From assembly GCF_964355755.1 (NCBI RefSeq), contig NC_092671.1, forward strand, positions 5,394,001 through 5,458,000: a stretch of DNA of 64,000 nt, read 5' to 3'. The position numbers and the translations under genes were made by a program. The notes below the pieces were generated by a model. The model made no database searches and was not told where the DNA came from. It saw only the letters and a list, made by a program, of their open reading frames with translations. Every line of letters starts with the position of its first letter. The stretch's first letter is position 1. This DNA comes from Antedon mediterranea. Lineage: Eukaryota; Animalia; Echinodermata. This document shows positions 14,247-25,129 of the stretch, piece by piece.

Positions 14247-14434
14247 GTTATGAACTCCGACCCAGTCAACTTATTTAAATTTCAGGTAATTAATAATAAA
14301 TTGTAGTTTACTGATTTGTTTAAATGAAGCCTCTATATTGTGAGTTATGAACTCTGACCCAGTATACTTATTTAAATTTTCAGGTAATTAATAATTAAAC
14401 TGTGGTTTACCGATATATTTAATTAAAGCCTCTA
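14247..14434. repeat. Tandem duplication, 2 x ~98 bp
   Basis: gttatgaactcYgacccagt...caggtaattaataat...aagcctcta occurs twice. Confidence 0.85.
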
Positions 14435-15203
14435 ATCACTATGGTAACACACTCGATAAACAAATGGCCAATTGCCTTGAATTTGAACAAATTGAACAAC
14501 CAAATAAAGTCGCAGCGCTTCCCCCATATTTCTCGTAATACAAATTAATAAAACTCTGCTATACTAAGCCGATAAAGATGTTGTTTTGACCTTCTTTAAG
14601 CACAGGACTGTCAAAAATAATTAGTTAGCGGATAGTGTATTATCATTGAGTTAAATTAATGACATTTCGTGCCTTTTTTGGCATTAGCAAAAGAGCTATT
14701 TTACTGTACAACTTTACTATTCATCGCGATGAAACTGTTACACAAATCAATGACATAACATAGCGTTCTATAATAGTAGTAGCCATCCATTAAAGGTCAA
14801 ACTATTTCTGTTACTGCTGTAGTTAGAATTTTGAAAATGTTTAACTTTGATTTATATTTTAATGGTATGTCCAAACGTTTTTTTTTTTCATATATAAATA
14901 TTATGCGTATAGAGTATATTTAAAATAAGCAAACCAACTGTCAATTTCAACTTTCTTATTCTGAAGAAATTTCAAGCACTATACAATTCAATCAGCTATT
15001 TTTTATGTGATGACTTCTAGTTTTATTGCAACCCCTCATTTGGGAGTTTGGTACAGTAGTTTTTTTTAATTACTGTACAAGTCTATATGCCCAATTTTGA
15101 CTTTTAAAACTAATTTATTTTTCTTTACAGTTTGAATGTGTCAACTGGAATATGCTTGTAAATGTTTGTTGTAAACTGGATGATTTGAATACATAGGTGA
15201 CTG

Positions 15204-15245
15204 ATGGAAAGCTCACATAATGAGCAAAGTCCTCATCTCAATCAG
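15204..15245 (+). CDS. APC: APC putative first coding exon (exon 15131-15245, ATG at 15204)
   Basis: Acceptor ttctttacag (15130), in-frame TGA at 15198, then MESSHNEQSPHLNQ and donor CAG|gtaaaa. Phase 0 matches the next exon. No homology support. Confidence 0.55.
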
Positions 15246-16036
15246 GTAAAAATTCAATAACAACATCACACGTTTCATTTGCTCTACTGTACATCTTCCA
15301 TGTAAAGCCATAACCCAGGGCTGGAAATTCTCCCTAGAAATGTTTGTAATTTCTAGTTGAAATTTTCAAAATTACCTAATGTTTGCTGGTTGTAATTTGT
15401 GTATTGGCTAACTTACCTGGATAAACTGACAATAGACTTGGCTTTTCTTAGGAGAGCATATGATATCAAAGGCCAATTTCAGCTTATATCAAGAGAAATT
15501 AGGTATCTTATGACTTGTTATAGTTTTGTAATATATGTACACAGAGCACAACTTTTGGTTTCTGTTTTTAAAAATTAAACACATATAAATATCAATACCA
15601 AACTAAAAGATTTTACCATTTTTAATGAAATACTAAAGTGCATGAATGAAAATAAAATCACACCTTTCTGTCGTCGACTAGAAGTTTTAACCCGATAATG
15701 TCATTCAAAGCAACATACTACTTGACAGTATGGTGAAGGTCATTATTACTCCTTTTCAAGAATTGCTCCAGGTTTAATTTAACATCAATATTTTCACAAG
15801 TGTAAAGAAGACACATTTGTATGCATTGAAATACATTCTTTCACTGGTGATTATAATTGATTGTTGTTAATAAGGTCAAATGGATGAAACACATGAATTC
15901 ACATTTAAACGAGTATGAAAATGTAGATTCATTTAGTATGTACTGTATCCTTTTTTTTTAAATGAATTATAATTTACTATTCTATTAGTTTTTCTGACAT
16001 TGAAATTACCTCAAAATTAAAAAGCAATATATTTAA

Positions 16037-16230
16037 GGCCAATTTTAATACACAGATGGGCGGTAACAGTAATATAGAATCTACAGTAGGTTATTTCTTA
16101 TGACCATTTAAAGTTACACACAACGCGGAGTGAATGGGTGCTTTCCGCTCAGGATAGCAATAAAGATTCTACGTGAAACAAGCTATGCGGTTTTCCGCTT
16201 ACCGTTACCAATCGTCTGTCTAAATTGGCC
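16037..16230 (+). mobile_element. MITE family B copy 1 (Harbinger-like)
   Basis: TAA|ggccaattt...ggtaacagtaa at the left and ttaccgttacc...aaattggcc at the right. Confidence 0.7.
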
Positions 16231-19200
16231 ATTAGGATGGAATGCTTGTTAATGTTAGATACAATTTAATATTTTATATAAAATAAAATAAAGAACATTA
16301 TATGGGTACAGTTAAAATTATTTTAAAAAAATCAATTTTAATGAATGTAGCAATAGTTTACAGTTAGTATTTGTTGTCACATACTGTATGCCCATTTTTA
16401 TTCCTGAAATTCTGAAAATCATATTCTATATTGATATACAGTACATACAACAGTATTATAAAGAGAAATTATGGCCATTGAATGGGGGCGTGGTTTGCGA
16501 ATGACACCATTATCCGATGCTCAACTGAATTTCTCCTTTTCTTAATACAGTAACAATAACATTAAACAAGTTCGGAGCCTACAGTACACATACAGTATAG
16601 TGGAGAACAATTTTGTACTGTATCATACCAAATAAGAGCTGCTGTCAGCTCTCAATTACAAAATGGCTCAACTTCATCCAACGTTGTTTTGTTTAGCACT
16701 TTGGTTCAATTCAGCGAGCTTAATCTATTAGTTCCTATAAAAGCTCTCATTTACTTTGTTTACTCATGAGAACGTTCTAATCAAAGGGTTTGCTTATTGG
16801 ACTATGGTTTCTATTATATAACGTTAGTGATACCTGATCAGGTACACACAGGCTAAGAGGTCGGTTTGATTTCATTAACTCTGTAGTCATGCATAATGAT
16901 ATGTGCCGTATTACCTACCATTATGCTGTAATTAATTAAATATACCTTGTCAGGTTGATTATAGTGTTGCTATAATGCGTAGCTGATCACATATTTGAAT
17001 ATGTCAAAAAGATATACTGTATGTAATTGAAAATGATAATCCTGTATACTGTAGTACTGTATGCTTTTTTAGGATAAAACTGAACCATTTTTGGCTATCT
17101 AATATTTAGACGTTAATTGTTGCATTACAATTATATATACAATGAACATTTTTTATTTGTGTACAGTACCTAATTCTTCTCCCTCAGGAGGTATTTTTGA
17201 AATAAATAAATAATTTAATAAAAAATAAAGTAAATGGATGCTTTATCATTTACAATTACAGTTACCATAAAAAGACTACTGTAGTCAAAAAATTAGGAAA
17301 TCTATAAAACTTCATGATAGTTTATCATCATGAAAATAAACTGATTAGCCTAGTAGGCCTACTGTATTCTAAAGTCCATATTATTAGGTCAGAGAATGAG
17401 ACATTTTTGCACTATAAATTTGTTTTAAAATTAGATTTGTTAAATTCTTTAAATTTGATTTTAATTCCATAATTCTTACCTTAGTTCTAGATTAAAAAAT
17501 TATTGTTTTCAAATAGATGCTTATTCAGCAATAATTCATTTCTTTTCATCCTTTTCATCCAATTCCAACATTAACAGTAATTCTTAGCCGACAGGTAAAT
17601 CATTAAAAACAGAAATCGAAAAATCAAACATTTCAAATTCTCTCATTATGATTCCATCAAAACGTGAATTTGAGAATTTCCAATTTTCCAATCTGTCCTG
17701 TCTCTGATTTGAAAGATTAGTAGAAAATTGTATAAATGTTTAAAATTGCTTTCAGAGAATATAGGTTAAATTTAACAAGTCTTTTCTCATGTGTAACAGT
17801 AGTGTGAACATTTTTATTCACAATAGGATTTTTAAAAACAGCATCCAATTTGTACTGTATGCATTTCCTTGAAGGTGGAAAGCAATTGCTATGTATTACT
17901 GTACATGGTGAATGTAGAGTTTATGCAAGCCCTTTAATATACATCATTTTATAATGCATTTTTATTATGGAAGCAAAAATATTGGAAACGTAGAATAAAA
18001 TAAGAATAAATAATTGATGTTAGAATACAATGATGTTTTATTTAAAATGATATTTTATTTAAAATTATTACAACCAGCCAAACAAATAAGAACATCTCAT
18101 TGAGGAAACTACTACTTTTTATTAAGAAAAGTAAATACCATAATGCATCTAAATTATGGGTAGGCCTAGTATGTTGTATTGTAGGTAGATGAGACATACT
18201 ATTATCACATCACCACATCAGAAGAAGGATTGTGCCTATTAAAATATAGAGTTTTAGGGTCATGTTAAATGGCGAACACTTGTAATTGTCTAGTTTTCCA
18301 ATTGTCTTGGTTTATTAAACTAGAAAATTTCAATTTGCTTAATTTGATTTTTAATTTGATTTCTTTCTTTAATTTCCCATGAGATGCATTCAGCTAATTC
18401 TGATATTAATAATAGGTTTGTAAATCACAAGAGTATGTACAGCAAAAAGATAAAAATAATTTGGGATGATTTATGACAATTTATAATTATCTTTTTGGTT
18501 TTAACTTGAATTGTTTATAATAAATTATTGATGTGTTTTAGGAAGGGAAGACAAGTACTGTATTTTTAAAATATAATGTAGAATTTGTTATACCTTTCTG
18601 CTCATAAAATATTTTAAAGATTGCATAAAATTATGAAAATAATATGATTCATAATAAATTGTCTAAAACAAAATCCATATTGGCAGAATGTAGAATATAC
18701 CCCCCAAAAAACTGCCAACCCTGTTGGCCGGAACAAAAAGTATTAATAAAAAGAAAATAAAATATAGTGAGGTTGATGCTTGACCCCCTTTCTCTCCTCG
18801 ATAACCTCACCCAAGTTGTGTTGAATGGGGCTCAGTACCTGTAATTTACCCGTACTGTATTAATACCGGTAAAGCATGATTTCCAATAGAGACTCGATGT
18901 AAAAATGTAGACACAGTGCAATCGTTACTATGGGAACCAAGTACACGAGAATATGTCAGTCTTCATGTGAATTTATACTGTAAAAGCAGTGATTTACCTA
19001 AAATATCAAATTTCAGAATTGCACTTACTATAACTGATGTATTCCCAATTCTAATGTAATCAATATTGTTGTCATATCATATCTATTTCATATTCAGTTT
19101 AAATATGTAGGGCTTCATTAACGAAACATAATAGTTTGCAAAATAATTCTGTATAATATATTTTTGGGTAGATTTGTACACCAGGGACTACATTAGATAC

Positions 19201-19449
19201 ACAGCTTTTTGTTTATATTACCTTTGGTATGAGTATTGTATGTTGACTGGTTGAATTATCAAACGCAGCATTAGGCAGTCGCAAAGGAATTTGTGTAAAA
19301 ACACATTTTTTGCGGCATTTGAAAATGACCCAGCTCGAACACGATTATTGGTTGTGTGGTTTGGGAGGAGATAAAGTACCAACTCTTCCTTTTTTCAAAT
19401 TTCAATATTTTGTCAAACTACTAACCCTAAATTATGCTTGCTTTTTCAG

Positions 19450-19681
19450 AGACAACAAAAACATCAGTTTCATCGATTTCAAAATGGGGGGCTTGCACAC
19501 AGTATGGGGGACCAACCAGAATTGACAGCTGGAAAACGAGCCATTCCTAGGCATGTAATGGACTCGCCAACCCTCCATAGGCGAGGCCAAGCTCTGGCAG
19601 ATGGATCGGGTATTAGGGAGGTTGACAAAAGTTCTGTAGCAGGAGCCAGTCGAGATCATTGCGTACGAAATGTCACTGATG
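19450..19681 (+). CDS. APC: APC putative coding exon 2
   Basis: Acceptor ctttttcag, GC-richer open frame RQQKHQF...VRNVTD, donor G|gtaaga. Phase 0 in, phase 1 out, fitting the flanking exons. No recognisable homology. Confidence 0.65.
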
Positions 19682-21302
19682 GTAAGAACATACCTATTTC
19701 AAAATGGATTCATCCACCCAATTCTCGTTGTTTGAATATAAATCTTCCAGCAGTGCAACTCTTCTAATTAACTCATTTAAATCAGAATTAGAATAAAACT
19801 ACTATATGAATAATTTATTTCAGCGAGATGAGTAGTCACAAATTGAAGCAACTGACATTACATTACTTTTGGTACATTTTAGACAATTTTTATATACAGT
19901 ACTTTGAAAGCATAATGTCATGATCATTATAATATTACAATACGTCGTATTTAAGCATGGGAACAGTGGGAGGGGGAAATTTTAAGAGACTGTAAATTCA
20001 TGAATACTATAAGTATAGTCCCAGGTAGGCCTTGGTATGAAATTTGTGGAAAATTAGGAGGTGGGATTATACTTGGATTGCATTGACAATGGAATCCAAA
20101 TATAGCCTATACTTGTTGCATACTGAGTGATAGGATTTATTTCATTTGAATTGAAAAAAATCTACCAATATACAGTAAGTTAACAATCGTGCCACAATTT
20201 CAATAAAACTTGATAGAATTTTATTATGTAGCATCTGTATTGTTAATTGAATATTCAGATGTTCTGAGTTCTGAGTTTGAGAAAAATTAGAATGTATAAT
20301 GTAATATTGCTATCTGTATGTGAATGTTGCAGATTACCTTGACAAATAGTAAGTCACATTTCCTTAGAGATTGTTTATTGCTACCTGTGTTTAGGTAAAA
20401 GGAAACGGAGGCTTTATATCATAATAATGATGATATTAGGCGTCATATCAAAATGTTTAAAAACGATGACTATGCGTGAAACGCGTATTCTTTTGTTCTT
20501 TAAACTTGACCGTGACTTCCAATTGTGAAACAACGTGAAAAACGCCAATATGCACAGCTCAATATTAGTCCCGCCCCCACTGCATGCTTGACTAAATATT
20601 TGCATAAACGCGTTAAACGTAACAATAATAAATCGTTTTTTTCGTTACACGCGTATATTTCGTAAAAAAAAAAAAACTAAATCGTAAAAGTAAGTTGGTA
20701 CGTTGTCAATCGATTGCCGCTAGGCCGTACATACGCTGAACCTATCCTTGATTTAAGGTGCGTTGCGATCTCATAATACATAACAATTATTACCTAAAAA
20801 CAATGAAATCGCAGATAGCCGAATGTGTAATAACTGTAAAATGCAACTGTAATACAAATAAAATACCTATTTAAAGTTCGCTCAGTAAACAACAAAAGCC
20901 GATCACTCTTGGCAGCCCATCATTCCCGCCGCAGTGCCATTATAGTGCGATGTTGATAGGTGGAGTATTGAGTCGTTTTTATGATTGATACTCCACTGCC
21001 CACGTTTTTATACTAAAACTACTGTCAAAACTTAACCAAGAAAATGAATTTCTACTGCTACCACAGTTCAATTTCTACTGTTATAACATTTTTTTGTAAT
21101 GCTTTTGTATACAGTCTTTAATAATCCTAATTAATAAATTATCTACGCGTCGATCATAGGGTGGTGCGTAGGGAATAGTAAACACCATTGTTATCGCCTT
21201 TAGAAGCATGGACATTGCAAACAACAATGTATTGTTCGCTATTTAAAATCCTATCTAAAGCTAGAAGACGTCAATTTTTGTAGCCGCCCTATGCTGTTAG
21301 GT

Positions 21303-21332
21303 CATGGAGTAAAGAATATTCTTTACTCCATG
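21303..21332. mobile_element. 30-bp perfect palindrome with 7-bp TSD (P-element-like footprint)
   Basis: GTTAGGT|catggagtaaagaatattctttactccatg|GTTAGGT. Confidence 0.8.
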
Positions 21333-22537
21333 GTTAGGTTAACCTAATTTGGCCGGTCATCCGTCGACAAGACGACATCGGGCCCGTTGGGAAAGGGGCA
21401 TTTAGCTCACAAGGAGAGGTTGGGTTAGCGAATTATATAAAAAAAAAAAGACATCTAGGCTAGGCCACCAACAAAATATATGCAAAATAGGCCTAAACAT
21501 ATATTTCATGTTAAGATTTAAGATAGGCTTTTTAAATAATCATTACATGCGTAAAGAAAATGCCCGACTGGAATTTGGATGGAGGGAAGAAAACATGTGA
21601 GAGGTTGTGGTAAACAGCAGAGAGTATCGTGTTTCATGCCATGTGACCAAAAAAAAACTAGGTCTGTACTTTTAATTACGGTCTTCTGTCGGCAGTCTTT
21701 TTGAGCGACCGATTGAACGTTCTGATACTATACTGGACTATATTATTTTTATTTTTCACGCCGCCATTTTTAAAATCTTTTTTTTGCCGACATACTTTTG
21801 TTTAAGGGCTGCGTAAAGCCTAACATTTTTCTTGTGCAATGGAAAACTGCGCGTGCGAATACGTGAAATGTTTGATTCACACGACTAAATTCGCTTAGTG
21901 GAAAACAGGCTTTAAGAATTTCGTTTTCAATGCGAACGTCTACGAAAACTGCATTAACGTGGCGCTTAATGTGTATAGGCTACTTCAGTTATTTTTTGTT
22001 AAGAAAAATATTTATTTTATTTTTGGATTTTGGGTGGGGAGGACTATAACTTCTTTATATTTATCGTGACGATTTTTCAATCATAAATTAAAACGGGACA
22101 CAATGACTTATAACTAGGCCTAATGTATTTTAAAAATATTCCATACCGAACGATTTATTCAAATAAAGAAACATTTTTTATTAATTATTTTTTCCCAAAC
22201 AATACTAAAGACAAGATGACAAACCACCAATTGAAATTAAACAAAACTTTTATTAAACATTTTTAGTATCTATAATAATATATAATTATTTTGCTTATTT
22301 TTGTTTTCTTTCGATGTATCTTAAATGCCGACATCGGCCATTGATGGCCCTAATTGCAAAGCATTGTTTTGTTGAAGCTTTTGTTATTTATTGATCCATG
22401 AATAATATGTGGTGGTTAAAATAGGAATTCGTAAAATAGCACAGCTTTTACATTCAGGAAATAAAACTAAAGCATCATAATATACAAAAAAAATGAACCG
22501 ATGTTTTTTTCACTTTTAAACAATGATTAGTACCATC

Positions 22538-22571
22538 CATGGAGGTATAACAATATTTTTATACCTCCATG
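22538..22571. mobile_element. 34-bp (17+17) palindrome with 7-bp TSD (P-element-like footprint)
   Basis: TACCATC|catggaggtataacaat-atttttatacctccatg|TACCATC. Confidence 0.8.
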
Positions 22572-22696
22572 TACCATCATTGTACTGTTGTACCTATACA
22601 AAAATGAGAAAATTATTAACAGAAACTTGACGATGAACTTACTTTATAATAATACCAATAAAGAATCAAAGGTAATAATAATCTGCGTGATTTGAT

Positions 22697-22719
22697 CAGG
22701 GAGATTTTACATCTCCCTG
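22697..22719. mobile_element. 23-bp hairpin with near-perfect 7-bp TSD
   Basis: ATTTGAT|cagggagat-tttac-atctccctg|ATTTGAA. Confidence 0.6.
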
Positions 22720-22999
22720 ATTTGAAATACAGAAGGCATGATACAAAAACAGAGCAACATTTTTTAACTGTATTATATAAACCGCATTTACGTTACTGTA
22801 TATTTTTGGCAGCGGAAACGGCGCTCCAAAAGATATACCGTATTTTGTATACCGTATTTTCCAAACCTCATTTGTGGATAAAATACAGTATTCAAATTTA
22901 TACTGTATTTTGAGTACCCTTTTCTGCGCCAATAAAAAAGACCGTTATTTTAATTTGCTGAGTTAAAATGTTAAACATTTTGCACAATGTAATAATACT

Positions 23000-23628
23000 T
23001 ATTATATAACACCTATATAAATTCCTGTCATTTGATTGGACGAATGTGGGTCACATGGCGTGCAATAGTACGCACTATTCAACGATCGTTAAATAGTACT
23101 TTTTGAAACATTTTTGTGTACGAAAAAAAAACGTCTAGATGTTATATAAAACAAATAATGAATGTTTTGTATTCGTGTAATGGTACAAATAATGGCACTT
23201 GGTGAATGATGAAAGGTTATATCAACTCGGCTTTGCCTCGTTGATATAACCTTTCATCATTCACCTCGTGCCATTATTTGTACCATTGCACTCATAAACA
23301 TTCATTATTTGTATATTATATAACACCTATATAAATTCCTGTCATTTGATTGGACGAATGTGGGTCACATGGCGTGCAATAGTACGCACTATTCAACGAT
23401 CGTTAAATAGTACTTTTTGAAACATTTTTGTGTACGAAAAAAAAAACGTCTAGATGTTATATAAAACAAATAATGAATGTTTTGTATTCGTGTAATGGTA
23501 CAAATAATGGCACTTGGTGAATGATGAAAGGTTATATCAACTCGGCTTTGCCTCGTTGATATAACCTTTCATCATTCACCTCGTGCCATTATTTGTACCA
23601 TTGCACTCATAAACATTCATTATTTGTA
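23000..23628 (+). mobile_element. Head-to-tail dimer of a 314-bp hairpin-bearing element
   Basis: Units 23000-23313 and 23314-23628 differ only by one A in a poly-A run, as far as I can see. Each contains a ~162-nt inverted repeat. Confidence 0.92.
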
Positions 23629-25054
23629 TAATAGTGCACAGGAAGAGACTGTTTATGTAGTTAATTTATGCAAGCATCCACATATTGTTCATTTGGCTAG
23701 TAGTCTTTTGTGTCTATAAGTACCTATATTGTCCATCTATTCTGCATTATGCTGATTAATTCATTTCTTTGGTTAAGTGAAATGTCAACTTACTATTTTT
23801 TTGTAGACATAGGTTGCATCTTTTAATAATATTATAATTGTTATTTTTTGTAAACAAAATATTGTCCCCTTATTGAATCCCCAAAAAATGTTGTTTTTTT
23901 TGCGATCACGTCATTACGTTTCACATTCATTTACGCGAATCTCGCGATGTCAGTGTGCTTAGACCATTATCTTTCCGGAAGGTGACATTTATTTTTTATT
24001 TGATAACGTAATCACGTCAAAAAAATTGAATGATGTGGGTCACCTATTTTTATCTTTGCAGTATTTTATCAATCAATCAATTTTAATCTGTTATAGCTCC
24101 TCCGAATAAAAAGTGATACCCATGAATGTGTATACTGTACAATGACCCAAAATATACAGAATTCACCATATAACAACAAAATATTATTTTATTCTATAAT
24201 GGCATACTTTTTTTTCTGTGCGCAATATTCTAAAGTAAGTAACGTAATGACGTGCAAGTGGATTTTGCTGTGCGGATAACTAACTCGTCAAAGTAGGCCT
24301 AACGAGTTCAAGTCTAGTTTAATTCGTTTATTTATTTTAAATTGTAATATTATTTTAACTAGTTGGATGGCGATAGTTGATAACTAATTTTTTTTTAGGG
24401 CCAACGTGGCCAATAAGCTTAAGAATGTCTTTTTAATGGGTCAAAAAGCTTGCTGAATGCTGCTGGCCTACACCTACCATGTTGTTCGTTTAGGCGACCC
24501 ACCTAGGCGTATTAAATTAGTCAACAAAGCAAAGATTAGATAGCCTACTATTGTTTTATTCGAATATGCTTTGTTTTATTTATCTTTTAAGAACAATGGT
24601 ATTTGCGTGTGGCTTTTGCTTCGGAACTGAATATTGTACGGCCATGAGTTGGGAGGTCTAAGTTACAAAAGTTATTCGCAATTACGGATTACATCTCGGG
24701 TCCTCCGTGCGTGGAGTATGTTTTAGTTACCATATGAAGGAATATATATATTTATTGTAAATATTGTATTTATTTTGATCACTTTGACCCTGGGAAAATA
24801 AATGGGGAACATTGATGGATTTTCGTTTTTTCAATTGTTTTATTATGAATAGCCTATATACGGGCCTATATAGCATACATTTCAAGTTTATTTGTTGTTT
24901 ATTAGGCCTATTCTAGCTTTGTTCTCTAAAATTGAATAACTACGAAACACCCTACTTATTACCCTACTGAAAAACAACTTCAGTATAGTATAGTATAATT
25001 AAATAAATCTTGTATAAATCTGTTTTTCATAAACAGCAGAGCACATGTACACAA

Positions 25055-25129
25055 TATGCATAGGGTGGAAGAACATTTAAAGAAAGAGCCTGTTATTGCT
25101 AGGTATGCATAGGGTGGAAGAACGTTTAA
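25055..25129. repeat. Short direct repeat (26 bp, spacing ~48)
   Basis: tatgcatagggtggaagaacRtttaa occurs twice. Confidence 0.75.

Noticed and set aside
21155-21293. catagggtgg...ccgccctatg as a P-like MITE
   Set aside because: Only ~10 bp of imperfect TIR, and the flanks (cgtcgat / ctgttag) do not form a TSD.
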